A stretch of 62,775 nt of DNA from Thermoproteota archaeon (lineage in GTDB: Archaea; Asgardarchaeota; Jordiarchaeia; Jordiarchaeales; Freyrarchaeaceae), in assembly GCA_029258835.1 (NCBI GenBank), contig JAPDJY010000025.1, positions 1-62,775 on the forward strand, in the 5' to 3' direction. The translations under genes and the position numbers were made by a program. Numbering within the stretch: position 1 is the stretch's first letter; each line of letters opens with the position of its first letter. Shown piece by piece: positions 39,416-49,061 of this stretch. Below the pieces are notes generated by a model. It searched no databases, was not told the DNA's origin, and worked only from the letters and a program-made list of their open reading frames with translations.

Positions 39416-40318
39416 GTGCTATGGTTGATAGGGGAGCTGGCAGCGATTACTTCAGCGATTTGCTGGGCTACAGCGGCGGTCATGTATAAGAGCGCCATGG
39501 ACGAGAAGAGCGTGGACCCAGTATCAGTTAACTTCGTAAGGTTGATACCGGTCTCCATATTCCTGTTCTTCCTCGTTTGGGGCATGGGGAAACTATGGCA
39601 AATATGGTATCTAAGCATGACCCACCTCACATACCTTATTTTGGGAAGCATAATGGCTCTTGGCTTAGGAGACTCAGTTTACTTTCTAGCGTTAAAGTAT
39701 GCGGGTGTAAGCAGGGGGGTTGCTATTTCATCCACATATCCGCTCTTCACCGCAGTGATAGAGATAGCGTTACGGCGTGAACGCTTAGACCCCTTCAAAC
39801 TAATAGGCATAGTGATGATAGTTTCAGCTATATGGATCTTGTCGGGGAGGGAAGGGGGGGAGGAGGGGGAAGAGGGGGAGGGAGGTGACGTGGTGAGGGG
39901 GGTGACGTTCTCTGTTTTAACAGCGATTATATGGGCGATCGGGATAGTCCTAATAGATTATGCTTTGGAGGGAATAGATTTTTACATTGCAAACATGATA
40001 CGCTTCCCGGTTCTAGCCGTGGTGGTTGGTGGGGTATTGTTAGCAACCGGAAACCACAGAAACATGCTTGAAATGACACGTAGACAGGCGGTTATGCTGG
40101 TTCTAGCAGGTATCTTGGCTCTCGCAATAGGAGGCTTAACCTTCTTTGCCAGCATAACCTTTGTGGGCGCCGCCGAGGCGACGGCCCTATCCTCTCTAAG
40201 CCCGATCTTCTCGGCGGTGATAAGCGTGTCCTCAGGCAAGGAGGCCTTCTCGTGGAGGGTTACGGCAGGCGTCATCCTAGCCACCTCGGGAACGGTCATA
40301 CTCGTCCTCTTCGGTTAG
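39416..40318 (+). CDS. EamA/DMT family transporter
   Basis: Two EamA repeats, ~10 TM helices. Confidence 0.88.
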   Translation: MLWLIGELAAITSAICWATAAVMYKSAMDEKSVDPVSVNFVRLIPVSIFLFFLVWGMGKLWQIWYLSMTHLTYLILGSIMALGLGDSVYFLALKYAGVSRGVAISSTYPLFTAVIEIALRRERLDPFKLIGIVMIVSAIWILSGREGGEEGEEGEGGDVVRGVTFSVLTAIIWAIGIVLIDYALEGIDFYIANMIRFPVLAVVVGGVLLATGNHRNMLEMTRRQAVMLVLAGILALAIGGLTFFASITFVGAAEATALSSLSPIFSAVISVSSGKEAFSWRVTAGVILATSGTVILVLFG

Positions 40319-41157
40319 GAGCACTTCACGTCCTTGGCTTTAACAACCTTTATACCTCTCTCCCGTGCAAAATTGATTAATTTTACGCGATCCTCAGACT
40401 TTAACCCCTTCCAGTCAAGTATGAACATCTCCACTCCGCCAACGGTTTTCTCGATAGCTTGAGATAGAAGGAAGCGATCTAGGAATGGAACATGGTATTT
40501 TGAGGCTATATGCCCTACTCCGACAGACGAATTAATGTTTATGTGGGTGAACTTTGGGGCGTAGTGTCCACCGCCAAACCCGACCGCGTTGACGCAGTTC
40601 TCCGGCGGGTTCTCCACTAACTGGAGGATCGTATCCGCAATTATTTCGCCTGCCAGCTGGTTCACCCATTCTCTCCTACTACTGCCAATTTCAATGAACA
40701 TCGATGGAATGTTAACTGTTGGGCCATGGTGGGTTTGTTCCTGAGAGACGGTGAACCCATCAAGGGAACGTTCCTCCCTTAATACGTGGAGAAGCCTTAA
40801 TGCAGCCTTTACGTATTTAGGGTATGCTACGCTGATGGTTCTAGGAGAGCCGCCGTAGTCAGCGTTTCCCCAGTTTCCCGACACGTGAACAGTTAAGGCG
40901 GGTATGTTCACGGAACTACTATGCCTGCTTGCATAAACAACCAGTTCAGGGTTGAATGGCTTTTCAACGCCTTCACAGTATATTATGTCGGATTCCACGT
41001 GGACTAAGTAGACCTTCACGTCGCTTATGTTAGCCATCCAGCATGCAACGCACCCAGGGAAGTCACGCTCCTTAAATGAGGCGAGGCGTCGGAGGTGCTG
41101 TGAAATGTTCATTCCAGCAGGGTCGACCACTGAAGCTACTATTAGCATTCTACGCAT
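40315..41157 (-). CDS. dtdA: D-aminoacyl-tRNA deacylase (archaeal DTD2)
   Basis: SRHSS, LTVHVSGN, THHGP, FIEIGS, GFGGGHY. Confidence 0.93.
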   Translation of the reverse strand: MRRMLIVASVVDPAGMNISQHLRRLASFKERDFPGCVACWMANISDVKVYLVHVESDIIYCEGVEKPFNPELVVYASRHSSSVNIPALTVHVSGNWGNADYGGSPRTISVAYPKYVKAALRLLHVLREERSLDGFTVSQEQTHHGPTVNIPSMFIEIGSSRREWVNQLAGEIIADTILQLVENPPENCVNAVGFGGGHYAPKFTHININSSVGVGHIASKYHVPFLDRFLLSQAIEKTVGGVEMFILDWKGLKSEDRVKLINFARERGIKVVKAKDVKCS

Positions 41158-41246
41158 TAACTCACCGCCGAGAACTTGGGTGGTTACTCGAATATTACAG
41201 GTGTAACATCAAAAGTTTTACGTTCAACCTGTATGGTTGATTTGAG

Positions 41247-42317
41247 GTGGTTTCCTTGGAGGCGTTAATCGAGAAGGTGGTAAGTGGGGTTCAGGAAGAA
41301 GACAGACGACTCTTAGACGAGCTCTTCGAGCATACGCCTAAGATCCAAGTGTTTGGAGTCGGCGGAGCGGGGAATAACGCTGTAAGTAGACTTTTGGAGG
41401 CGGGGATAGAGGGAGCAGAACTTATCGCAGTCAACACGGACGCTCAAGACCTCGCAAGTGTAAGGGCTGACAGGAAAATACTGATAGGGAGAGAGACGAC
41501 TAAGGGTTTAGGGGCTGGGAACGACCCTGAGGTAGGTGAGGCGGCGGCTAAGGAGAGCATTGAAGAGTTAAAGGAGGCTATCTCGGCGGACATGGTCTTC
41601 GTCACCTGCGGCTTAGGGGGAGGAACCGGCACCGGCGCCGCTCCAATAATAGCGGAGGCAGCGCGTAAAATGGGCATTCTAACAGTTTCAGTTTGCACCT
41701 TACCGTTTATAGCTGAAGGAGTGAAAAGGTGGAGGAGCGCATCCTCCGGGCTTAAAAAGCTTTCTAGAAATTCGGACACGCTCATAGTTATACCCAACGA
41801 TAAGCTACTCGAGGTTGCCCCGAACCTGTCTCTCATACAGGCGTTCAGGCTGGCAGATGAGATATTGATCAGAGGGGTCAAAGCGGTGGCTGAGCTGGTG
41901 ACCAAGCCTGGACTAGTCAACGTGGATTTAGCGGATATTAGAACAATAGTGAAGAAGGGAGGTACCGCACTCATATCGCTCGGTGAAGCTAGCGGTGAAA
42001 GAAAGGAGATTGAAGCCGTGGAGGACGCGTTAAACAGCCCCCTCCTCGACGTGGACTTGAAGAGTGCTAACGGGGCACTTGTAAACGTTAGCGGAGACCA
42101 GAACCTTAAGCTTCACGAGGCGGAGTCTGTTGTAAGGGTTATATCAGACAGGATCGGCTCGGACGCGGAGATCATTTGGGGGGCGCTGATAGATCCAACG
42201 TTGAAGGACAAACTAAGAGTGTCACTGGTGGTTAGCGGTGTGGCGTACCGTTACGTGGAACAGATCCTGTCAGGAGACTACATTTTTCCGCCGGAGTTAC
42301 AGTTAAGCAGACTGTAG
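41247..42317 (+). CDS. ftsZ: Cell division protein FtsZ
   Basis: GVGGAGNN, NTDAQ, GLGGGTGTG, NVDLAD. Confidence 0.96.
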   Translation: MVSLEALIEKVVSGVQEEDRRLLDELFEHTPKIQVFGVGGAGNNAVSRLLEAGIEGAELIAVNTDAQDLASVRADRKILIGRETTKGLGAGNDPEVGEAAAKESIEELKEAISADMVFVTCGLGGGTGTGAAPIIAEAARKMGILTVSVCTLPFIAEGVKRWRSASSGLKKLSRNSDTLIVIPNDKLLEVAPNLSLIQAFRLADEILIRGVKAVAELVTKPGLVNVDLADIRTIVKKGGTALISLGEASGERKEIEAVEDALNSPLLDVDLKSANGALVNVSGDQNLKLHEAESVVRVISDRIGSDAEIIWGALIDPTLKDKLRVSLVVSGVAYRYVEQILSGDYIFPPELQLSRL

Positions 42318-42530
42318 CCACGCGCAGCAATGCTAAATCGGGGTGAGAGGAAGCACGAGCGACGTGGTTTCTCAGCTAAGGCTAATCCACAGGTGGAAAC
42401 GCTGAAAAACCTTCTGGATGATCAGGCAAATTCCACCGAAAAGGAAAATTTAACATTTGGGAAAAATATTTCAATATGCAAACTGATGGTTTCCTGAGGG
42501 AGTAGGCTGCTTGAAAGAAGGGATGCTTTA

Positions 42531-42821
42531 ATGGCGAGTAGACGTTTAGCTAAGCTAACGGCGATCTCTGAAAAGGTGAAGCAAAACCACCTACTGAAGA
42601 GGATAGCCGATTCCAACACTGTTAAAAGGATAGCACAGTCAAGTGTTGTCCGGAAGACCGCTAGGGTTTTCAGGGCTGCAAGGTATCCTTCTAGGGATGA
42701 GCTCTGGATGATCATCAGGATATGCCTTATCGGGATACTCATAGTTGGCGGGGTGGCATTCCTCGTAAAGTTCGTTTTTGCAAACGGGTTTTTACCCATG
42801 ATCGGTTTATCCCCCACCTGA
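42531..42821 (+). CDS. secE: Protein translocase SecE/Sec61-gamma with N-terminal extension
   Basis: RVFRAARYPSRDE + TM helix; position between ftsZ and spt5. Confidence 0.85.
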   Translation: MASRRLAKLTAISEKVKQNHLLKRIADSNTVKRIAQSSVVRKTARVFRAARYPSRDELWMIIRICLIGILIVGGVAFLVKFVFANGFLPMIGLSPT

Positions 42822-42833
42822 GGAGGAAGCTTA

Positions 42834-43307
42834 ATGCCTGGTAATACTAGCATATTCGCCATAAGAACCACTGTTGGGCAGGAAAGAATCGTAGCTGAAA
42901 TAATAGAGAGGAGAGTTAAGGGATCGAAGGACATGGATGTAAAGGCGATTCTAGTTCCGGAGACGCTGAGTGGGTACGTCTTCATAGAGGCGGCAAGCCT
43001 TAAGGACGTAGTTTCAGCCATTTCAGGCATCCCACACGTGCGAGGACAGGTAAGTGGAAAGGTCAAAATAGAGGATATAGAACAGTTTATAACCCCCAAG
43101 ACACGTATCGACATGATCGGTGCAGGCGACCTAGTAGAGATTGTTAGGGGCCCATTTAAGGGGGAAAGAGCTAAGATTGTAAGGGTTGATTCTAGCAGAG
43201 AGGAGGTTGTTTTAGAACTTATCGAGTCCCCGAATCCCATCCCAATAAAGGTTCACGCCGACTATGTTAAACTTGTCGAGAGGAGAGAGGAAAAAGAGGA
43301 GTTTTAA
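42834..43307 (+). CDS. spt5: Transcription elongation factor Spt5
   Basis: TTVGQE, GYVFIE, KOW GDLVEIVRGPFKG. Confidence 0.96.
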   Translation: MPGNTSIFAIRTTVGQERIVAEIIERRVKGSKDMDVKAILVPETLSGYVFIEAASLKDVVSAISGIPHVRGQVSGKVKIEDIEQFITPKTRIDMIGAGDLVEIVRGPFKGERAKIVRVDSSREEVVLELIESPNPIPIKVHADYVKLVERREEKEEF

Positions 43308-43353
43308 GGAAACTCCCTCCGCTCTTCATTCTTCTCCTTGTGGGGGTAGAAGA

Positions 43354-44214
43354 TTGATAAAAGGGGATACTAGGGTTGTAGGGATAATAGGCGACCCTGT
43401 GGAACATAGCTTGTCCCCGATCATGCATAATTCAGCTTTTAGGCATTTAAACATGAACTACGTGTACGTCGCCTTCAAGGTTAGAAAAGAGGCGCTCAGG
43501 GAAGCCATTGAGGGGGTGAGGGCGCTGAACATGAGAGGGGTTAATGTCACAATCCCCCATAAGATTTCAGTCCTCTCATTCCTAGATTGGCTGGATGAAA
43601 ACGCAGAGAAGATAGGTGCCGTTAACACCATAGTCGTAGATGAAGGCGTGCTTAGGGGATATAACACGGATGGGGTTGGGGGGCTGAAAGCGTTAGTGGA
43701 GGAGGGCGTTAACGTGGAGGGGATGAAAGTTGTCCTTTTAGGTGCTGGCGGAGCCGCTAGGGCGCTTGCCTACACTTTCGCCCCTCTAGCCTCCGAGATT
43801 GTGATACTTAATAGAACAGTACGTAAGGCCTTATCGTTGGCCTCGGAGCTGGAGAGGGAGGGGTGGAACGCGAGGGGTGGAGGGCTGAGCGAAAGCGTTC
43901 TTGGAAGGGAGTTAAGGGATGCCGACCTACTAGTAAACGCTACATCGGTCGGTATGCACCCTAACGTCGAGGAGAGCCCCGTCCCCTCTAACCTCTTGAG
44001 GAGTGATATGGCGGTTTTCGACATAGTCTATAATCCGGTCGAGACGAGGCTGCTTAGAGATGCAAGAAGGGTGGGGGCTAAAACCGTCGACGGGGTTGGA
44101 ATGCTGGTTAACCAGGGGGCCATAGCATTTAAGCTGTGGACAGGGGTGGAACCCCCAAGAGATGTTATGAGGGAAGCCGTGGTTAAGGCGTTGCATGGGG
44201 GCAGAAGTAAGTGA
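43354..44214 (+). CDS. aroE: Shikimate dehydrogenase
   Basis: [28 protein letters not shown]; TTG at 43354. Confidence 0.95.
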   Translation: MIKGDTRVVGIIGDPVEHSLSPIMHNSAFRHLNMNYVYVAFKVRKEALREAIEGVRALNMRGVNVTIPHKISVLSFLDWLDENAEKIGAVNTIVVDEGVLRGYNTDGVGGLKALVEEGVNVEGMKVVLLGAGGAARALAYTFAPLASEIVILNRTVRKALSLASELEREGWNARGGGLSESVLGRELRDADLLVNATSVGMHPNVEESPVPSNLLRSDMAVFDIVYNPVETRLLRDARRVGAKTVDGVGMLVNQGAIAFKLWTGVEPPRDVMREAVVKALHGGRSK

Positions 44215-45089
44215 TCGGTGAAGCAGTAGCTCACGGGGCGGGAACAATAATTAACGCCATAGCTTGCGGTAAAGGGGCTGCTTTCGGCGTAGACCGCTGG
44301 ACCAAAGTTCAGGTTAAGCTCACCGACGAGAAGGGGGTCATAGAAGTGAGGATCCTGAACGAGCCCGGTGAAGACGACAGGCTGGTGAAGGCGGCTGTCA
44401 GGAAGGTTCTGAAAAAGTTTAACGGGCTATGTTATGGGGCTAAGGTGACCACTAACTCGAACATACCGATCTCGAAAGGGCTTAAAAGCAGTAGTGCCGC
44501 GGCTAACGCTACCGTTCTTGCAACACTTGCAGCTTTAGGGCGAAGAATAAGCGATATTGAAGCGGTAAAACTTGGCGTTGAGGCAGCTATAGAAGCTGGT
44601 GTAACGGTTACCGGGGCTTTCGACGATGCATGTGCATCATACTTTGGAGGGGTGGTTATCACGGACAACCATCAGCGACGCATAATCCGTAAAGAAAAAT
44701 TCACCACCGACTTCAAAGTTTTAATATTGGTTCCTCCCGGGAAAATAACGAAGAGAGGACTTAACGTTGGACGCATGAGAGTCATGGCGCCACTAGTGGA
44801 AGTAGCTTTAGACCTTGCTTTGGAGGGGAGATACTTGGAGGCGTTAACCCTTAACGGGATAATTTACTCTGCATCATTGAAGCTTAGTCCAGAGCCAGCG
44901 GTAAAAGCCCTCGAGTCCGGGGCGGTAGCTGCGGGGCTTTCAGGAACCGGGCCGGCAACCATAGCCTTAACCCCCCCTGAGAGGGTGGACGACGTAGTAG
45001 ACGTGTGGAGGGAGTTTGAGGGAGATATAATTTTAGCCAACGTGAACAATGAGAAGGCTAAGGTGGTTAGGAGGCGAATATCATTCTGA
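44211..45089 (+). CDS. aroK: Archaeal (GHMP) shikimate kinase
   Basis: [28 protein letters not shown]. Confidence 0.93.
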   Translation: MIGEAVAHGAGTIINAIACGKGAAFGVDRWTKVQVKLTDEKGVIEVRILNEPGEDDRLVKAAVRKVLKKFNGLCYGAKVTTNSNIPISKGLKSSSAAANATVLATLAALGRRISDIEAVKLGVEAAIEAGVTVTGAFDDACASYFGGVVITDNHQRRIIRKEKFTTDFKVLILVPPGKITKRGLNVGRMRVMAPLVEVALDLALEGRYLEALTLNGIIYSASLKLSPEPAVKALESGAVAAGLSGTGPATIALTPPERVDDVVDVWREFEGDIILANVNNEKAKVVRRRISF

Positions 45090-46354
45090 AGGTTAGGAGA
45101 AGTCTCCTTAAGGGAAAAATCGACGCTCCTCCATCTAAAAGCTACACCCATAGAGGGGTAATTTTGGCATCCCTAGCCGATGGAACGTCTGAAATCTTGA
45201 ACCCATTAACTAGCAGGGACACGGTGGCGACTGTTAGAGCATGTGAGGCCCTAGGCGCTGAAGTGAGGAAGGAGGAGAGGAAATGGGTCGTTAAGGGGAG
45301 TAGCACCCTTACAACTCCTGATGATGTTATAAACGTGGAGAATTCGGGTACAACTATCAGGATAATGACGGCTGTTTCAGCTCTTGCACCCGGTTTCACT
45401 GTGTTAACGGGTGACGCCTCGGTGAGGAGGAGGCCTATGATGCCACTTCTTGACGCACTTCGCCAGATTGGGGTTGAATGCTGGTCAACTAAGGGGGATG
45501 GAACACCGCCGATCGTGGTTAAGGGAGGGGGGGTGAGGGGAGGGAGAGCTACGATGAGGGGGGACGTGAGCTCACAGTTCATCTCAGCCATCCTCATAGT
45601 TTCACCCATGGCAAAGGAGGATACGGTGGTGCTTTTAACCTCGGAGCTTAAGTCTAAGCCCTACGTAGATATGACAAGGGAAGTAATGAAGTACTTCGGG
45701 GTAAATGTTGAGTGCTTGAAGAATGGCTTCCTAATCGAGGCAGGGCAAAGGTATCAGCCTAGGAGGTTTAATGTCCCAGGGGACTTCTCATCGGCCGCCT
45801 TCATTCTGGCGGCCGCAGCGGTGACGGGGTCTAACGTTACTGTTTCAAACCTTAGCATGGATACCTTGCAGGGAGACAGGAAGATCATTGATGTTTTAAG
45901 GGAAATGGGGTGCCAGGTTAAGGTTGGGGACGGCTGGGTTAGAGTTGAAGGGTCAGGGATGCTTCGGGGGGTTAAGGTTGATTGTGGTGATACGCCAGAT
46001 CTTCTCCCGGTTATTTCCGTCCTTGGAGCAGTAGCGGAAGGGGAAACCGTGCTATTTAACGCGGAACATGCAAGGTTTAAAGAGAGTGACAGGATTCACG
46101 CCATGTCAAGGGAGCTTTCAAAGATGGGTGTAAAGGTGAAAGAGACTAAGGATGGACTGATTGTGGAGGGGGGAAGGTTGAAGGGGGGCATTGTAGACGC
46201 CCACGGGGACCACCGTGTTTTCATGGCTCTCGCTGTCGCGGGGCTGGTAGCAGATGGCGAAACGGTCGTCGTAGGGGAGGAGTCTGTGGATGTATCGTAC
46301 CCGGAGTTTATAGAGGATATGGTTAAGCTTGGCGCCAACTTCAGGAGGGTTTGA
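45086..46354 (+). CDS. aroA: EPSP synthase; true start upstream of the track call, probably CTG at 45086
   Basis: In-frame PPSKSYTHR lies upstream of the TTG at 45164; NSGTT, SSQF, KESDR, DHR. Confidence 0.93.
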   Translation: MKVRRSLLKGKIDAPPSKSYTHRGVILASLADGTSEILNPLTSRDTVATVRACEALGAEVRKEERKWVVKGSSTLTTPDDVINVENSGTTIRIMTAVSALAPGFTVLTGDASVRRRPMMPLLDALRQIGVECWSTKGDGTPPIVVKGGGVRGGRATMRGDVSSQFISAILIVSPMAKEDTVVLLTSELKSKPYVDMTREVMKYFGVNVECLKNGFLIEAGQRYQPRRFNVPGDFSSAAFILAAAAVTGSNVTVSNLSMDTLQGDRKIIDVLREMGCQVKVGDGWVRVEGSGMLRGVKVDCGDTPDLLPVISVLGAVAEGETVLFNAEHARFKESDRIHAMSRELSKMGVKVKETKDGLIVEGGRLKGGIVDAHGDHRVFMALAVAGLVADGETVVVGEESVDVSYPEFIEDMVKLGANFRRV

Positions 46355-47454
46355 TGTTGGGAGGAAACGTTTTCGGGAAAAACTTTGTTTTGGTTTCCTT
46401 CGGGGAGAGCCACGGTAAGTGTATTGGAGCCGTGGTGGATGGGTGCCCCGCCGGATTAGAGCTATCCGAGGAAGACGTTCAAAGAGAGCTCGACAGGAGG
46501 AGGCCTGGTGGAGGAGGGATTTCAACCAGTAGGGTTGAAATGGATAAGGTGGAGATCCTGTCAGGGGTTTTTGACGGGTACACTACCGGTGCCCCTATAT
46601 GCATGATTGTCTGGAACACCGACGTTGATTCAAGCGTGTACTATGAGATTAAGGATAAGCCCCGTCCTGGACATGCAGACTACACCGCTAGGGTGCGGTA
46701 TGGCGGGTTTAACGATTTTAGGGGTGGAGGGAGGTTTTCCGGCCGCGTTACCGTTTCGCTTGTCATGGGTGGCGCCGTTGCCAAGAAGGTTTTAGAGGAG
46801 GTTTTAGGTGTAAGGGTGGAGGCGTACACCATCAAAATTGGAGGGGTGAGTGCTCCGGAAGTAAGCGATGAGGGGATAGCTGAGAGGTACGGTAACCCTG
46901 TCAGGTGCCCTGACCCGGATGCAGCAGCCAGGATGGTTAAGGTGATCGAGAAGGCAAGGTCGCAGGGGGATAGTGTGGGCGGGGTGGTGGAGTGCAGGGT
47001 AACAGGTCTTCCACCGGGCGTTGGGAACCCGATATTCAACAGTCTTGAGGGAGATCTCAGCAAGGCGTTGTTTTCTATTCCAGCCGTTAAAGCAGTCGAG
47101 TTCGGCTCAGGGGTTAAAGCCGCCGACATGTGGGGCTCGTCACATAATGACCCCTTCAGGCTTGAGGACGGTAAGGTGGTTACCGAGTCTAACAATGCGG
47201 GAGGGATCCTCGGCGGGATAAGCACCGGTATGCCTATTAAGTGCAGGGTCACCTTTAAGCCGACTCCTTCCATATCTAAGCCTCAGAAGACCGTAGATTT
47301 GTCCCGGATGGAAGAGGTGTTCATAAGGGTTAAGGGGAGACATGACCCGTGCATCGTTCCGAGGGCGGTCCCTGTTGTTGAGGCTGTTGTCTCCATGGTC
47401 CTGGTGGACCACGCCATAACATTGGGGTTAATACCTCCAGTCTTAAGGCGGTGA
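46351..47454 (+). CDS. aroC: Chorismate synthase
   Basis: GESHG, RPGHAD, GGRFSGR, KPTPSI, GRHDPC. Confidence 0.97.
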   Translation: MMLGGNVFGKNFVLVSFGESHGKCIGAVVDGCPAGLELSEEDVQRELDRRRPGGGGISTSRVEMDKVEILSGVFDGYTTGAPICMIVWNTDVDSSVYYEIKDKPRPGHADYTARVRYGGFNDFRGGGRFSGRVTVSLVMGGAVAKKVLEEVLGVRVEAYTIKIGGVSAPEVSDEGIAERYGNPVRCPDPDAAARMVKVIEKARSQGDSVGGVVECRVTGLPPGVGNPIFNSLEGDLSKALFSIPAVKAVEFGSGVKAADMWGSSHNDPFRLEDGKVVTESNNAGGILGGISTGMPIKCRVTFKPTPSISKPQKTVDLSRMEEVFIRVKGRHDPCIVPRAVPVVEAVVSMVLVDHAITLGLIPPVLRR

Positions 47455-47756
47455 AAAGGTTGAGTGAGGAAAGGGGTGAGGTTGACGAGTTAAGGAGGCA
47501 GATAATGGATGCGACCTTAGACGTCTTGAAGGCTATTAGGAGGAGGGTTGAGCTCGTGGAAAGGCTGGGTGAGGTTAAGAGGAGGATGGGGGTTCCGCTC
47601 AGAGACTTAGACGTTGAGAAAACTGTTGTTTTGAGGGTTAGGGAGGAGGCTGAAAGGATGGGGTTAGACCCGGAGTTCTGCGGTAAGATAGCTGAGATGC
47701 TTATCGAGTACTCGGTTAAAGTGCAGGAAAGGATTATTGGAGGAAAGGAAGGGTGA
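47451..47756 (+). CDS. Chorismate mutase (AroQ)
   Basis: LRRQI...RR...GEVK...RDxxVE; operon context. Confidence 0.88.
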   Translation: MKRLSEERGEVDELRRQIMDATLDVLKAIRRRVELVERLGEVKRRMGVPLRDLDVEKTVVLRVREEAERMGLDPEFCGKIAEMLIEYSVKVQERIIGGKEG

Positions 47757-48634
47757 GGGTTGCAATTTTAGGCGGCTCAGGGAGGATGGGGTCTTGGTTT
47801 GCAAGGTACTTTAGGATGAAGGGATGTGACGTTATCCTATGGGCGCGGAACATTGAAAGGCTAGCTAACGTAGCTCGAAGCATAGGTGTGAGCTATGCTT
47901 CGGATGCTGCCGCAGCAGTGAGGGATGCAGACATCGTTATGGTTTCCGTCCCTGTAAGCGCGGTGGTGGAAACGGTCAGGATGGTGTCCCCTTTCGTGAG
48001 AAGGAATGCCCTCCTCTTCGACGTGGCATCCGTGAAAGGGGAGATACCAGACGTCATCGGGAGGGAAGGGTTGAAGCATGGTTATAGGGCCGTCAGCCTC
48101 CATCCTATGTTTGGACCTGGGGCTAGGGGGATCGAGGGGCAGAGGGTTATTGTGATCCCATTGAAGGGGCACGAGGAAGCTGCCAGATGGCTTGCAGACT
48201 ACTTTGCTCGTGACGGTGCTAAGGTGATATTCTCCGACAAGGAGACACATGACAGGATGGTTGCGTTAACGCTCGCCCTCCCCCACTTCCTAAACATCGC
48301 CTTCACAGCGTATCTTGCAGACACGGGTGAGGAGGTGGAGAGGCTGATGGAGTTTTCAGGAACGACGTTCAGCATCCAACTCATCCTATCAGAAAGCGTC
48401 CTCCAGGAAAACCCCCTAGTCTACGCTGACATCCAAATGGAGAATGAAGAGTTTAAGAAGACCGTTAAAGGTGTTACGTGCGTTATACAGCAACTCTGCA
48501 ACGTTATTCTGGAAAAGGATAAGGAGATGTTTATTGAGGTATTTGGTAAAGCGCGAAGATGGACGGCTAAAGATGCACAGAAACGTCAAGCTTACGAAAA
48601 ACTCTACAAGATCTTTGAAGGAGCTATAAGCTAG
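47753..48634 (+). CDS. tyrA: Prephenate/arogenate dehydrogenase
   Basis: GGSGRMG, DVASVK, HPMFGP, HDRMVA. Confidence 0.92.
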   Translation: MRVAILGGSGRMGSWFARYFRMKGCDVILWARNIERLANVARSIGVSYASDAAAAVRDADIVMVSVPVSAVVETVRMVSPFVRRNALLFDVASVKGEIPDVIGREGLKHGYRAVSLHPMFGPGARGIEGQRVIVIPLKGHEEAARWLADYFARDGAKVIFSDKETHDRMVALTLALPHFLNIAFTAYLADTGEEVERLMEFSGTTFSIQLILSESVLQENPLVYADIQMENEEFKKTVKGVTCVIQQLCNVILEKDKEMFIEVFGKARRWTAKDAQKRQAYEKLYKIFEGAIS

Positions 48635-48715
48635 CACCGCCTAACTTAAAGCTGCAACCTCTAAGGGAGCGTTTCTAAGTTTAGCTGATGGAATGTTGCA
48701 ACCACCTCAAAGTTT

Positions 48716-48733
48716 AAAGGAAAAGTTTCCTTT
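48716..48733. promoter_or_regulatory. Perfect 8-bp inverted repeat (possible operator)
   Basis: AAAGGAAA-AG-TTTCCTTT upstream of the small Zn-finger gene. Confidence 0.3.
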
Positions 48734-48787
48734 GAAACATTAAATTCAAATATTTGGTTGGCCTGCCTCCTTTCAGGAGGAGTAAAA

Positions 48788-48943
48788 ATGAGCTGGTTGT
48801 TCCTTCTCCAAGAGTACAAGTGCTACATATGTGGAAAGGAAACGAAGGAAATATGCGAAGACTGCGGCCGACCTGTTTGCACAGAGCACTCAACCAGTTG
48901 CGAGTATTGTGGAAGAAGAATCTGCCTAAACTGTGACTATTAA
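48788..48943 (+). CDS. Small Cys-rich zinc-finger protein (B-box/AN1-like), 51 aa
   Basis: AGGAGG SD then ATG at 48788; CYIC..CEDC..CTEH..CEYC..CLNC. Confidence 0.75.
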   Translation: MSWLFLLQEYKCYICGKETKEICEDCGRPVCTEHSTSCEYCGRRICLNCDY

Positions 48944-49061
48944 CACCCCTAACTTTGAGTTGCTCATTTCCTCGCTCTTTCTCGCCCTAGGTGGAAAGCT
49001 AATGTTAAGTGGGTGTTAATGTGGTTAATTCTGCTGGGTAGTTCCTTTAAAAGAAAGGTTA

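Noticed and set aside
42422-43240. Long antisense ORFs (e.g. 42422-43240, 5792-6433, 8256-8849, 46680-47273)
   Set aside because: Ser-rich shadows of real genes on the opposite strand
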